NCBI GenBank assembly: GCA_964016885.1
Contig: OZ024743.1
Location: forward strand, 55,676,001 to 55,740,000
DNA: 64,000 nt
Source: Eledone cirrhosa
Lineage: Eukaryota
Reading direction: 5' to 3'
The notes under the pieces: generated by a model
What the model was told of the DNA's origin: nothing
Seen by the model: only the letters and a program-made list of their open reading frames with translations
Database searches by the model: none
In this document: positions 15,001 through 30,000 of the stretch, one piece after another
How the letters are laid out: each line of letters begins with the position of its first letter
How positions within the stretch are numbered: the first letter of the stretch is position 1
Made by a program: the position numbers and the translations under genes

Positions 15001-18000
15001 GTTTGTGTTGATGATGCTTTAGCTGAGTATGTCCTGGTGTTGTTGCTGTTGTTGTTTGTGTTGATGATGCTTTAGCTGAGTATGTCCTGGAGTTGTTGCT
15101 GTTGTTGTTTGTGTTGATGATGCTTTAGCTGAGTATGTCCTGGTGTTGTTACTGTTGTTGTTTGTGTTGATGATGCTTTAGCTGAGTATGTCCTGGTGTT
15201 GTTGTTGTTGTTGTTTGTGTTGATGATGCTTTAGCTGAGTATGTCCTGGTGTTGTTACTGTTGTTGTTTGTGTTGATGATGCTTTAGCTGAGTATGTCCT
15301 GGGGTTGTTGCTGTTGTTCTTTGTGTTGATGATGCTTTAGCTGAGTATGTCCTGGTGTTGTTGCTGTTGTTGTTTGTGTTGATGATGCTTTAGCTGAGTA
15401 TGTCCCGATGTTGTTGTTGTTTGTGTTGATGATGCTTTAGCTGAGTATGTCCTGGTGTTGTTGCTGTTGTTGATTGTGTTGATGATGCTTTAGCTGAGTA
15501 TGTCTTGGTGTTGTTGTTGTTGTTGTTTATGTTGATGATGCTTTATCTGAGTATGTCCTGGTGTTGTTGATGTTGTTGTTTGTGTTGATGATGCTTTAGC
15601 TGAGTAAGTCCTGGTTTTGTTGTTGTTGTTGTTTGTGTTGATGATGCTTTAGCTGAGTATGTCCTGGTGTTGTTGTTGTTGTTGTTTGTGTTGATGATGC
15701 TTTAGCTGAGTATGTCCTGGTGTTGTTGCTGTTGTTGATTGTGTTGATGATGCTTTAGCTGAGTATGTCCTGGTGGTGTTGCTGTTGTTGTTTGTGTTGA
15801 TGATGCTTTAGCTGAGTATGTCCTGGTGTTGTTGTTGTTGTTGTTTGTGTTGATGATGCTTTAGCTGAGTATGTCCTGGTGTTGTTGCTGTTGTTGTTTG
15901 TGTTGATGATGCTTTAGCTGAGTATGTCCTGGTGTTGTTGCTGTTGTTGATTGTGTTGATGATGCTTTAGCTGAGTATGTCCTGGTGTTGTTGCTGTTGT
16001 TGTTTGTGTTGATGATGCTTTAGCTGAGTATGTCCTGGTGTTGTTGTTGTTGTTGTTTGTGTTGAAGATGCTTTAGCTGAGTATGTCCTGGTGTTGTTGT
16101 TGTTGTTGTTTGTGTTGATGATGCTTTAGCTGAGTATGTCCTGGTGTTGTTGCTGTTGTTGTTTGTGTTGATGATGCTTTAGCTGAGTATGTCCTGGTGT
16201 TGTTGCTGTTGTTGATTGTGTTGATGATGCTTTAGCTGAGTATGTCCTGGTGTTGTTGCTGTTGTTGTTTGTGTTGATGATGCTTTAGCTGAGTATGTCC
16301 TGGTGTTGTTGCTGTTGTTGTTTGTGTTGATGATGCTTTAGCTGAGCATTTCCTGGTGTTGTTGCTGGTGTTGTTTGTGTTGATGATGCTTTAGCTGAGT
16401 ATGTCCTGGTCTTGTTGATGTTGTTGATTGTGTTGATGATGCTTTAGCTGTGTATGTCCTGGTGTTGTTGCTGTTGTTGTTTGTGTTGATGATGCTTTAG
16501 CTGAGTATGTCCTGGTGTTGTTGCTGTTGTTGATTGTGTTGATGATGCTTTAGCTGAGTATGTCCTGGTGTTGTTGCTTTTGTTGTTTGTGTTGATGATG
16601 CTTTAGCTGAGTATGTCCTGGTGTTGTTGCTGTTGTTGTTTGTGTTGATGATGCTTTAGCTGAGTATGTCCTGGTGTTGTTGCTGTTGTTGTTTGTGTTG
16701 ATGATGCTTTAACTGAGTATGTCCTGGTGTTGTTGCTGTTGTTGTTTGTGTTGATGATGCTTTAGCTGAGTATGTCCTGGTGTTGTTGTTGTTGTTGTTT
16801 GTGTTGAAGATGCTTTAGCTGAGTATGTCCTGGTGTTGTTGCTGGTGTTGTTTGTGTTGATGATGCTTTAGCTGAGTATGTCCTGGTCTTGTTGATGTTG
16901 TTGATTGTGTTGATGATGCTTTAGCTGTGTATGTCCTGGTGTTGTTGCTGTTGTTGTTTGTGTTGATGATGCTTTAGCTGAGTATGTCCTGGTGTTGTTG
17001 CTGTTGTTGATTGTGTTGATGATGCTTTAGCTGAGTATGTCCTGGTGTTGTTGCTGTTGTTGATTGTGTTGATGATGCTTTAGCTGAGTATGTCCTGGTG
17101 TTGTTGCTGTTGTTGTTTGTGTTGATGATGCTTTAGCTGAGTATGTCCTGGTCTTGTTGATGTTGTTGATTGTGTTGATGATGCTTTAGATGTGTATGTC
17201 CTGGTGTTGTTGTTGTTGTTGTTGTTTGTGTTGATGATGCTTTAGCTGAGTATGTCCTGGTGTTGTTGCTGTTGTTGTTTGTGTTGATGATGCTTTAGCT
17301 GAGTATGTCCTGGTGTTGTTGCTGTTGTTGATTGTGTTGATGATGCTTTAGCTGAGTATGTCCTGGTGTTGTTACTGTTGTTGTTTGTGTTGATGATGCT
17401 TTAGCTGAGTATGTCCTGGTGTTGTTGTTGTTGTTGTTTGTGTTGAAGATGCTTTAGCTGAGTATGTCCTGGTGTTGTTGTTGTTGTTGTTTGTGTTGAT
17501 GATGCTTTAGCTGAGTATGTCCTGGTGTTGTTGCTGTTGTTGTTTGTGTTGATGATGCTTTAGCTGAGTATGTCCTGGTGTTGTTGCTGTTGTTGTTTGT
17601 GTTGATGATGCTTTAGCTGAGTATGTCCTGGTGTTGTTGCTGTTGTTGTTTGTGTTGATGATGCTTTAGCTGAGTATGTCCTGGTGTTGTTGCTGTTGTT
17701 GTTTGTGTTGATGATGCTTTAGCTGAGTATGTCCTGGTGTTGTTGTTGTTGTTGTTTGTGTTGATGATGCTTTAGCTGAGTATGTCCTGGTGTTGTTACT
17801 GTTGTTGTTTGTGTTGATGATGCTTTAGCTGAGTATGTCCTGGGGTTGTTGCTGTTGTTCTTTGTGTTGATGATGCTTTAGCTGAGTATGTCCTGGTGTT
17901 GTTGCTGTTGTTGTTTGTGTTGATGATGCTTTAGCTGAGTATGTCCCGATGTTGTTGTTGTTTGTGTTGATGATGCTTTAGCTGAGTATGTCCTGGTGTT

Positions 18001-21000
18001 GTTGCTGTTGTTGATTGTGTTGATGATGCTTTAGCTGAGTATGTCTTGGTGTTGTTGTTGTTGTTGTTTATGTTGATGATGCTTTATCTGAGTATGTCCT
18101 GGTGTTGTTGATGTTGTTGTTTGTGTTGATGATGCTTTAGCTGAGTAAGTCATGGTGTTGTTGTTGTTGTTGTTGTTGTTTGTGTTGATGATGCTTTAGC
18201 TGAGTATGTCCTGGTGTTGTTGCTGTTGTTGTTTGTATTGATGATGCTTTAGCTGAGTATGTCCTGGTGTTGTTGCTGTTGTTGTTTGTGTTGATGATGC
18301 TTTAGCTGAGTATGACCTGGTGTTGTTGTTGTTGTTGTTTGTGTTGATGATGCTTTAGCTGAGTATGTCCTGGTGTTGTTGCTGTTGTTGTTTGTGTTGA
18401 TGATGCTTTAGCTGAGTATGTCCTGGTGTTGTTGCTGTTGTTGTTTGTGTTGATGATGCTTTAACTGAGTATGTCCTGGTGTTGTTGCTGTTGTTGTTTG
18501 TGTTGATGATGCTTTAGCTGAGTATGACCTGGTGTTGTTGTTGTTGTTGTTTGTGTTGAAGATGCTTTAGCTGAGTATGTCCTGGTGTTGTTGCTGGTGT
18601 TGTTTGTGTTGAAGATGCTTTAGCTGAGTATGTCCTGGTGTTGTTGTTGTTGTTGTTTGTGTTGATGATGCTTTAGCTGAGTATGTCCTGGTGTTGTTGC
18701 TGTTGTTGTTTGTGTTGATGATGCTTTAGCTGAGTATGTCCTGGTGTTGTTGCTGTTGTTGATTGTGTTGATGATGCTTTAGCTGAGTATGTCCTGGTGT
18801 TGTTGCTGTTGTTGTTTGTGTTGATGATGCTTTAGCTGAGTATGTCCTGGTTTTGTTGCTGTTGTTGTTTGTGTTGATGATGCTTTAGCTGAGTATGTCC
18901 TGGTGTTGTTGCTGTTGTTGTTTGTGTTGATGAAGCTTTAACTGAGTATGTCCTGGTGTTGTTGCTGTTGTTGTTTGTGTTGATGATGCTTTAGCTGAGT
19001 ATGTCCTGTTGTTGTTGTTGATGTTGTTGTTTGTGTTGATGATGCTTTAGCTGAGTATGACCTGGTGTTGTTGTTGTTGTTGTTTGTGTTGAAGATGCTT
19101 TAGCTGAGTATGTCCTGGTGTTGTTGTTGTTGTTGTTTGTGTTGATGATGCTTTAGCTGAGTATGTCCTGGTGTTGTTGCTGTTGTTGTTTGTGTTGATG
19201 ATGCTTTAGCTGAGTATGTCCTGGTGTTGTTGCTGTTGTTGATTGTGTTGATGATGCTTTAGCTGAGTATGTCCTGGTGTTGTTGCTGTTGTTGTTTGTG
19301 TTGATGATGCTTTAGCTGAGTATGTCCTGGTTTTGTTGCTGTTGTTGTTTGTGTTGATGATGCTTTAGCTGAGTATGTCCTGGTGTTGTTGCTGTTGTTG
19401 TTTGTGTTGATGATGCTTTAACTGAGTATGTCCTGGTGTTGTTGCTGGTGTTGTTTGTGTTGATGATGCTTTAGCTGAGTATGTCCTGGTCTTGTTGATG
19501 TTGTTGATTGTGTTGATGATGCTTTAGCTGTGTATGTCCTGGTGTTGTTGCTGTTGTTGTTTGTGTTGATGATGCTTTAGCTGAGTATGTCCTGGTGTTG
19601 TTGCTGTTGTTGTTTGTGTTGATGATGCTTTAGCTGAGTATGTCCTGGTGTTGTTGTTGCTGTTGTTGTTTGTGTTGATGATGCTTTAGCTGAATATGTC
19701 CTGGTGTTGTTGCTGTTGTTGATTGTGTTGATTGTGTTGATGATGCTTTAGCTGAGTATGTCCTGGTGTTGTTGCTGTTGTTGTTTGTGTTGATGATGCT
19801 TTAGCTGAGTATGTCCTGTTGTTGTTGTTGATGTTGTTGTTTGTGTTGATGATGCTTTAGCTGAGTATGTCCTGGTGTTGTTGCTGTTGTTGTTTGTGTT
19901 GATGATGCTTTAGCTGAGTATGTCCTGGAGTTGTTGCTGTTGTTGTTTGTGTTGATGATGCTTTAGCTGAGTATGTCCTGGTGTTGTTGCTGTTGTTGTT
20001 TGTGTTGATGATGCTTTAGCTGAGTATGTCCTGGTGTTGTTGCTGTTGTTGTTTGTGTTGATGATGCTTTAGCTGAGTATGTCCTGGTGTTGTTGATGTT
20101 GTTGATTGTGTTGATGATGCTTTAGCTGAGTATGTCCTGGTGTTGTTCTGTTGTTGTTTGTGTTGATGATGCTTTAGCTGAGTATGTGGTGGTGTTGTTG
20201 TTGTTGTTTGTGTAGATGATGCTTTAGCTGAGTATGTCCTGGTGTTGTTGCTGTTGTTGTTTGTGTTGATGATGCTTTAGCTGAGTAAGTCCTGGTGTTG
20301 TTGTTGTTGTTGTTGTTTGTGTTGATGATGCTTTAGCTGAGTATGTCCTGGTTTTGTTGCTGTTGTTGTTTGTGTTGATGATGCTTTAGCTGAGTATGTC
20401 CTGGTGTTGTTGATGTTGTTGTTTGTGTTGATGATGCTTTAGCTGAGTAAGTCCTGGTGTTGTTGTTGTTGTTGTTGTTTGTGTTGATGATGCTTTAGCT
20501 GAGTATGTCCTGGTTTTGTTGCTGTTGTTGTTTGTGTTCATGATGCTTTAGCTGAGTATGTCCTGGTGTTGTTGCTGTTGTTGATTGTGTTGATGATGCT
20601 TTAGCTGTGTATGTCCTGGTGTTGTTACTGTTGTTGTTTGTGTTGATGATGCTTTAGCTGAGTATGTCCTGGTGTTGTTGTTGTTGTTGTTTGTGTTGAA
20701 GATGCTTTAGCTGAGTATGTCCTGGTGTTGTTGCTGTTGTTGATTGTGTTGATGATGCTTTAGCTGAGTATGTCCTGGTGTTGTTGCTGGTGTTGTTTGT
20801 GTTGATGATGCCTTAGCTGAGTAAGTCCTGGTGTTGTTGCTGTTGTTGTTTGTGTTGATGATGCTTTAGCTGAGTATGTCCTGGTGTTGTTGCTGTTGTT
20901 GTTTGTGTTGATGATGCTTTAGCTGAGTATGTCCTGGTGTTGTTGATGTTGTTGATTGTGTTGATGATGCTTTAGCTGAGTATGTCCTGGTCTTGTTGCT

Positions 21001-24000
21001 GTTGTTGATTGTGTTGATGATGCTTTAGCTGAGTATGTCCTGGTGTTGTTGCTGTTGTTGTTTGTGTTGATGATGCTTTAGCTGAGTATGTCCTGGTGTT
21101 GTTGCTGTTGTTGTTTGTGTTGATGATGCATTAGCTGAGTATGTCCTGGTGTTGTTGATGTTGTTGATTGTGTTGATGATGCTTTAGCTGAGTATGTCCT
21201 GGTGTTGTTGCTGTTGTTGTTTGTGTTGATGATGCTTTAGCTGAGTATGTCCTGGTGTTGTTGCTGTTGTTGTTTGTGTTGATGATACTTTAGCTGAGTA
21301 TGTCCTGCTGTTGCTGTTGTTGTTTGTGTTGATGATGCTTTAGCTGAGTATGTCCTGGTGTTGTTGCTGTTGTTGTTTGTGTTGATGATGCTTTAGCTGA
21401 GTATGTCCTGGTTTTGTTGTTGTTGTTGTTTGTGTTGATGATGCTTTAGCTGAGTATGTCCTGGTGTTGTTGCTGTTGTTGTTTGTGTTGATGATGCTTT
21501 AGCTGAGTATGTCCTGGTGTTGTTGCTGTTGTTGTTTGTGTTGATGATGCTTTAGCTGAGTATGTCCTGGGGTTGTTGCTGTTGTTCTTTGTGTTGATGA
21601 TGCTTTAGCTGATTATGTCCTGGTGTTGTTGCTGTTGTTGATTGTGTTGATGATGCTTTAGCTGAGTATGTCTTGGTGTTGTTGTTGTTGTTGTTTATGT
21701 TGATGATGCTTTATCTGAGTATGTCCTGGTGTTGTTGATGTTGTTGTTTGTGTTGATGATGCTTTAGCTGAGTAAGTCCTGGTGTTGTTGTTGTTGTTGT
21801 TGTTTGTGTTGATGATGCTTTAGCTGAGTATGTGCTGGTGTTGTTGCTGTTGTGGTTTGTGTTGATGATGCTTTAGCTGAGTATGTCCTGGTGTTGTTGC
21901 TGTTGTTGATTGTGTTGATGATGCTTTAGCTGAGTATGTCCTGGTGTTGTTGTTGATGTTGTTGTTTGTGTTGATGATGCTTTAGCTGAGTATGTCCTGG
22001 TGTTGTTGTAGTTGTTGTTTGTGTTGATGATGCTTTAGCTGAGTATGTCCTGGTGTTGTTGTTGTTGTTGTTTGTGTTGATGATGCTTTAGCTGAGTATG
22101 TCCTGGTGTTGTTACTGTTGTTGTTTGTGTTGATGATGCTTTAGCTGAGTATGTCCTGGTGTTGTTGCTGTTGTTGATTGTGTTGATGATGCTTTAGCTG
22201 AGTATGTCTTGGTGGTGTTGTTGTTGTTGTTTATGTTGATGATGCTTTATCTGAGTATGTCCTGGTGTTGTTGATGTTGTTGTTTGTGTTGATGATGCTT
22301 TAGCTGAGTAAGTCCTGGTTTTGTTGTTGTTGTTGTTGTTTGTGTTGATGATGCTTTAGCTGAGTATGTCCTGGTGTTGTTGCTGTTGTTGATTGTGTTG
22401 ATGATGCTTTAGCTGAGTATGTCCTGGTGTTGTTGCTGTTGTTGTTTGTGTTGATGATGCTTTAGCTGAGTATGTCCTGGTGTTGTTGCTGTTGTTGTTT
22501 GTGTTGAAGATGCTTTAGCTGAGCATGTCCTGGTGTTGTTGCTGGTGTTGTTTGTGTTGATTATGCTTTACCTGAGTATGTCCTGGTCTTGTTGATGTTG
22601 TTGATTGTGTTGATGATGCTTTAGCTGTGTATGTCCTGGTGTTGTTGCTGTTGTTGTTTGTGTTGATGATGCTTTAGCTGAGTATGTCCTGGTGTTGTTG
22701 CTGTTGTTGATTGTGTTGATGATGCTTTAGCTGAGTATGTCCTGGTGTTGTTGCTGTTGTTGTTTGTGTTGATGATGCTTTAGCTGAGTATGTCCTGGTG
22801 TTGTTGCTGTTGTTGTTTGTGTTGATTATGCTTTAGCTGAGTATGTCCTGGTGTTGTTGCTGTTGTTGTTTGTGTTGATGATGCTTTAACTGAGTATGTC
22901 CTAGTGTTGTTGCTGTTGTTGTTTGTGTTGATGATGCTTTAGCTGAGTATGTCCTGGTGTTGTTGTTGTTGTTGTTTGTGTTGAAGATGCTTTAGCTGAG
23001 TATGTCCTGGTGTTGTTGCTGGTGTTGTTTGTGTTGATGATGCTTTAGCTGAGTATGTCCTGGTCTTGTTGATGTTGTTGATTGTGTTGATGATGCTTTA
23101 GCTGTGTATGTCCTGGTGTTGTTGCTGTTGTTGTTTGTGTTGATGATGCTTTAGCTGAGTATGTCCTGGTGTTGTTGCTGTTGTTGATTGTGTTGATGAT
23201 GCTTTAGCTGAGTATGTCCTGGTGTTGTTGCTGTTGTTGATTGTGTTGATGATGCTTTAGCTGAGTATGTCCTGGTGTTGTTGCTGTTGTTGTTTGTGTT
23301 GATGATGCTTTAGCTGAGTATGTCATGGTCTTGTTGATGTTGTTGATTGTGTTGATGATGCTTTAGATGTGTATGTCCTGGTGTTGTTGCTGTTGTTGTT
23401 TGTGTTGATGATGCTTTAGCTGAGTATGTCCTGGTGTTGTTGCTGTTGTTGATTGTGTTGATGATGCTTTAGCTGAGTATGTCCTGGTGTTGTTGCTGTT
23501 GTTGATTGTGTTGATGATGCTTTAGCTGAGTATGTCCTGGTGTTGTTGCTGTTGTTGTTTGTGTTGATGATGCTTTAGCTGAGTATGTCCTGGTGTTGTT
23601 GTTGTTTGTGTTGATGATGCTTTAGCTAAGTATGTCCTGGTGTTGTTGCTGTTGTTGTTTGTGTTGATGATGCTTTAGCTGAGTATGTCCTGGTGTTGTT
23701 GATGTTGTTGATTGTGTTGATGATGCTTTAGCTGAGTATGTCCTGGTCTTCTTGCTGTTGTTGATTGTGTTGATGATGCTTTAGCTGAGTATGTCCTGGT
23801 GTTGTTGCTGTTGTTGTTTGTGTTGATGATGCTTTAGCTGAGTATGTCCTGGTGTTGTTGTTGTTTGTGTTGATGATGCTTTAGCTAAGTATGTCCTGGT
23901 GTTGTTGCTGTTGTTGTTTGTGTTGATGATGCTTTAGCTGAGTATGTCCTGGTGTTGTTACTGTTGTTGTTTGTGTTGATGATGCTTTAGCTAAGTATGT

Positions 24001-27000
24001 CCTGGTGTTGTTGCTGTTGTTGATTGTGTTGATGATGCTTTAGCTGAGTATGTCCTGGTGTTGTTGCTGTTGTTGTTTGTGTTGATGATGCTTCAGCTGA
24101 GTATGTCCTGGTGTTGTTGTATATGTTGTTGTTTGTGTTGATGATGCTTTAGCTGAGTATGTCCTGGTGTTGTTGCTGTTGTTGTTTGTGTTGATGATGC
24201 TTTAGCTGAATATGTCCTGGTGTTGTTGTTGTTGTTGTTTGTGTTGATGATGCTTTAGCTGAGTATGTCCTGGAGTTGTTGCTGTTGTTGTTTGTGTTGA
24301 TGATGCTTTAGCTGAGTATGTCCTGGTGTTGTTGCTGTTGTTGTTTGTGTTGATGATGCTTTAGCTGAGTATGTCCTGGTGTTGTTGCTGTTGTTGTTTG
24401 TGTTGATGATGCTTTAGCTGAGTATGTCCTGGTGTTGTTGATGTTGTTGATTGTGTTGATGATGCTTTAGCTGAGTATGTCCTGGTGTTGTTGCTGTTGT
24501 TGTTTGTGTTGATGATGCTTTAGCTGAGTATGTGGTGGTGTTGTTGTTGTTGTTTGTGTAGATGATGCTTTAGCTGAGTATGTCCTGGTGTTGTTGATGT
24601 TGTTGTTTGTGTTGATGATGCTTTAGCTGAGTAAGTCCTGGTGTTGTTGTTGTTGTTGTTGTTTGTGTTGATGATGCTTTAGCTGAGTATGTCCTGGTGT
24701 TGTTGTTGATGTTGTTGTTTGTGTTGATGATGCTTTAGCTGAGTATGACCTGGTGTTGTTGTTGTTGTTGTTTGTGTTGATGATGCTTTAGCTGAGTATG
24801 ACCTGGTGTTGTTGTTGTTGTTGTTTGTGTTGTAGATGCTTTAGCTGAGTATGTCCTGGTGTTGTTCCTGTTGTTGTTTGTGTTGATGATGCTTTAGCTG
24901 AGTATGACCTGGTGTTGTTGTTGTTGTTGTTTGTGTTGTAGATGCTTTAGCTGAGCATGTCCTGGTGTTGTTGCTGGTGTTGTTTGTGTTGATGATGCTT
25001 TAGCTGAGTATGTCCTGGTCTTGTTGATGTTGTTGTTTGTGTTGATGATGCTTTAGCTGAGTATGTCCTGGTGTTGTTGCTGTTGTTGTTTGTGTTGATT
25101 ATGCTTTAGCTGAGTATGTCCTGGTGTTGTTGCTGTTGTTGTTTGTGTTGATGATGCTTTAACTGAGTATGTCCTGGTGTTGTTGCTGTTGTTGTTTGTG
25201 TTGATGATGCTTTAGCTGAGTATGTTCTGGTGTTGTTGTTGTTGTTGTTTGTGTTGAAGATGCTTTAGCTGAGTATGTCCTGGTGTTGTTGCTGGTGTTG
25301 TTTGTGTTGATGATGCTTTAGCTGAGTATGTCCTGGTCTTGTTGATGTTGTTGATTGTGTTGATGATGCTTTAGCTGTGTATGTCCTGGTGTTGTTGCTG
25401 TTGTTGTTTGTGTTGATGATGCTTTAGCTGAGTATGTCCTGGTGTTGTTGCTGTTGTTGATTGTGTTGATGATGCTTTAGCTGAGTATGTCCTGGTGTTG
25501 TTGCTGTTGTTGATTGTGTTGATGATGCTTTAGCTGAGTATGTCCTGGTGTTGTTGCTGTTGTTGTTTGTGTTGATGATGCTTTAGCTGAGTATGTCCTG
25601 GTCTTGTTGATGTTGTTGATTGTGTTGATGATGCTTTAGATGTGTATGTCCTGGTGTTGTTGCTGTTGTTGTTTGTGTTGATGATGCTTTAGCTGAGTAT
25701 GTCCTGGTGTTGTTGCTGTTGTTGATTGTGTTGATGATGCTTTAGCTGAGTATGTCCTGGTGTTGTTGCTGTTGTTGATTGTGTTGATGATGCTTTAGCT
25801 GAGTATGTCCTGGTGTTGTTGCTGTTATTGTTTGTGTTGATGATGCTTTAGCTGAGTATGTCCTGGTGTTGTTGTTGTTTGTGTTGATGATGCTTTAGCT
25901 AAGTATGTCCTGGTGTTGTTGCTGTTGTTGTTTGTGTTGATGATGCTTTAGCTGAGTATGTCCTGGTGTTGTTGATGTTGTTGATTGTGTTGATGATGCT
26001 TTAGCTGAGTATGTCCTGGTCTTGTTGCTGTTGTTGATTGTGTTGATGATGCTTTAGCTGAGTATGTCCTGGTGTTGTTGCTGTTGTTGTTTGTGTTGAT
26101 GATGCTTTAGCTGAGTATGTCCTGGTGTTCTTGTTGTTTGTGTTGATGATGCTTTAGCTAAGTATGTCCTGGTGTTGTTGCTGTTGTTGTTTGTGTTGAT
26201 GATGCTTTAGCTGAGTATGTCCTGGTGTTGTTACTGTTGTTGTTTGTGTTGATGATGCTTTAGCTAAGTATGTCCTGGTGTTGTTGCTGTTGTTGATTGT
26301 GTTGATGATGCTTTAGCTGAGTATGTCCTGGTGTTGTTGCTGTTGTTGTTTGTGTTGATGATGCTTTAGCTGAGTATGTCCTGGTGTTGTTGTTGATGTT
26401 GTTGTTTGTGTTGATGATGCTTTAGCTGAGTATGTCCTGGTGTTGTTGCTGTTGTTGTTTGTGTTGATGATGCTTTAGCTGAATATGTCCTGGTGTTGTT
26501 GTTGTTGTTGTTTGTGTTGATGATGCTTTAGCTGAGTATGTGGTGGTGTTGTTGTTGTTGTTTGTGTAGATGATGCTTTAGCTGAGTATGTCCTGGTGTT
26601 GTTGATGTTGTTGTTTGTGTTGATGATGCTTTAGCTGAGTAAGTCCTGGTGTTGTTGTTGTTGTTGTTGTTTGTGTTGATGATGCTTTAGCTGAGTATGT
26701 GGTGGTGTTGTTGTTGTTGTTTGTGTAGATGATGCTTTAGCTGAGTATGTCCTGGTGTTGTTGCTGTTGTTGTTTGTGTTGATGATGCTTTAGCTGAGTA
26801 TGTCCTGGTGTTGTTGCTGTTGTTGATTGTGTTGATGATGCTTTAGCTGAGTATGTCCTGGTGTTGTTGTTGTTGTTGTTTGTGTTGAAGATGCTTTAGC
26901 TGAGTATGTCCTGGTGTTGTTGCTGTTGTTGTTTGTGTTGATGATGCTTTAGCTGAGTATGTCCTGGTGTTGTTACTGTTGTTGTTTGTGTTGATGATGC

Positions 27001-30000
27001 TTTAGCTGAGTATGTCCTGGTGTTGTTGTTGTTGTTGTTTGTGTTGAAGATGCTTTAGCTGAGTATGTCCTGGAGTTGTTGCTGTTGTTGTTTGTGTTGA
27101 TGATGCTTTAGCTGAGTATGTCCTGGTCTTGTTGCTGTTGTTGATTGTGTTGATGAAGCTTTAGCTGAGTATGTCCTGGTGTTGTTGTTGTTGTTGTTTG
27201 TGTTGATGATGCTTTAGCTGAGTATGTCCTGGTCTTGTTGCTGTTGTTGATTGTGTTGATGATGCTTTAGCTGAGTATGTCCTGGTGTTGTTGCTGGTGT
27301 TGTTTGTGTTGATGATGCTTTAGCTGAGTATGTCCTGGTGTTGTTGCTGTTGTTGATTGTGTTGATGATGCTTTAGCTGAGTATGTCCTGGTGTTGTTGC
27401 TGTTGTTGTTTGTGTTGATGATGCTTTAGCTGAGTATGTCCTGGTGTTGTTGCTGTTGTTGATTGTGTTGATGATGCTTTAGCTGAGTATGTCCTGGTGT
27501 TGTTGCTGTTGTTGTTTGTGTTGATGATGCTTTAGCTGAGTACGTCCTGGTGTTGTTGCTGGTGTTGTTTGTGTTGATGATGCCTTAGCTGAGTAAGTCC
27601 TGGTGTTGTTGCTGTTGTTGTTTGTGTTGATGATGCTTTAGCTGAATATGTCCTGGTGTTGTTGCTGTTGTTGTTTGTGTTGATGATGCTTTAGCTGAGT
27701 ATGTCCTGGTGTTGTTGCTGTTGTTGTTTGTGTTGATGATGCTTTAGCTGAGTATGTCCTGGTGTTGTTGCTGGTGTTGTTTGTGTTGATGATGCCTTAG
27801 CTGAGTAAGTCCTGGTGTTGTTGCTGTTGTTGTTTGTGTTGATGATGCTTTAGCTGAATATGTCCTGGTGTTGTTGCTGTTGTTGTTTGTGTTGATGATG
27901 CTTTAGCTGAGTACGTCCTGGTGTTGTTGCTGTTGTTGTTTGTGTTGATGATGCTTTAGCTGAGTATGTCCTGGTGTTGTTGCATTTGTTGTTTGTGTTG
28001 ATGATGCTTTAGTTAAGTATGTCCTGGTGTTGTTGCTGTTGTTGTTTGTGTTGATGATGCTTTAGCTGAGTATGTCCTGGTGTTGTTGCATATGTTGTTT
28101 GTGTTGATGATGCTTTAGCTGAGTATGTCCTGGTGTTGTTGCATTTGTTGTTTGTGTTGATGATGCTTTAGTTAAGTATGTCCTGGTGTTGTTGTTGTTG
28201 TTGTTTGTGTTGATGATGCTTTAGCTGAGTATGTCCTGGTGTTGTTGCATTTGTTGTTTGTGTTGATGATGCTTTAGCTGAGTATGTCCTGGTGTTGTTG
28301 CATTTCTTGTTTGTGTTGATGATGCTTTAGTTAAGTATGTCCTGGTGTTGTTGCTGTTGTTGTTTGTGTTGATGATGCTTTAGCTGAGTATGTCCTGGTG
28401 TTGTTGCTGTTGTTGTTTGTGTTGATGATGCTTTAGCTGAGTATGTCCTGGTGTTGTTGCTGTTGTTGTTTGTGTTGATGATGCTTTAGCTGAGTATGTC
28501 CTGGTGTTGTTGCTGTTGTTGATTGTGTTGATGATGCTTTAGCTGAGTATGTCTTGGTGTTGTTGTTGTTGTTGTTTATGTTGATGATGCTTTATCTGAG
28601 TATGTCCTGGTGTTGTTGATGTTGTTGTTTGTGTTGATGATGCTTTAGCTGAGTAAGTCCTGGTGTTGTTGTTGTTGTTGTTGTTTGTGTTGATGATGCT
28701 TTAGCTGAGTATGTGCTGGTGTTGTTGCTGTTGTTGTTTGTGTTGATGATGCTTTAGCTGAGTATGTCCTGGTGTCGTTGCTGTTGTTGATTGTGTTGAT
28801 GATGCTTTAGCTGAGTATGTCCTGGTGTTGTTGCTGTTGTTGATTGTGTTGATGATGCTTTAGCTGAGTATGTCCTGGTGTTGTTGTAGTTGTTGTTTGT
28901 GTTGATGATGCTTTAGCTGAGTATGTCCTGGTATTGTTGCTGTTGTTGTTTGTGTTGATGATGCTTTAGCTGAGTATGTCCTGGTGTTGTTGTTGTTGTT
29001 GTTTGTGTTGATGATGCTTTAGCTGAGTATGTCCTGGTGTTGTTGCTGTTGTTGTTTGTGTTGAAGATGCTTTAGCTAAGTATGTCCTGGTGTTGTTGTT
29101 GTTGTTGTTTGTGTTGATGATGCTTTAGCTGAGTATGTCCTGGTGTTGTTGCTGTTGTTGTTTGTGTTGATGATGCTTTAGCTGAGTATGTCCTGGTGTT
29201 GTTGCTGTTGTTGTTTGTGTTGATGATGCTTTAGCTGAGTATGTCCTGGTGTTGTTGCTGTTGTTGTTTGTGTTGATGATGCTTTAGCTGAGTATGTCCT
29301 GGTGTTGTTGCTGTTGTTGTTTGTGTTGATGATGCTTTAGCTGAGTATGTCCTGGTGTTGTTGTTGTTGTTGTTTGTGTTGATGATGCTTTAGCTGAGTA
29401 TGTCCTGGTGTTGTTACTGTTGTTGTTTGTGTTGATGATGCTTTAGCTGAGTATGTCCTGGGGTTGTTGCTGTTGTTCTTTGTGTTGATGATGCTTTAGC
29501 TGAGTATGTCCTGGTGTTGTTGCTGTTGTTGTTTGTGTTGATGATGCTTTAGCTGAGTATGTCCCGATGTTGTTGTTGTTTGTGTTGATGATGCTTTAGC
29601 TGAGTATGTCCTGGTGTTGTTGCTGTTGTTGATTGTGTTGATGATGCTTTAGCTGAGTATGTCTTGGTGTTGTTGTTGTTGTTGTTTATGTTGATGATGC
29701 TTTATCTGAGTATGTCCTGGTGTTGTTGATGTTGTTGTTTGTGTTGATGATGCTTTAGCTGAGTAAGTCCTGGTTTTGTTGTTGTTGTTGTTGTTTGTGT
29801 TGATGATGCTTTAGCTGAGTATGTCCTGGTGTTGTTGCTGTTGTTGTTTGTGTTGATGATGCTTTAGCTGAGTATGTCCTGGTGTTGTTGCTGTTGTTGA
29901 TTGTGTTGATGATGCTTTAGCTGAGTATGTCCTGGTGTTGTTACTGTTGTTGTTTGTGTTGATGATGCTTTAGCTGAGTATGTCCTGGTGTTGTTGTTGT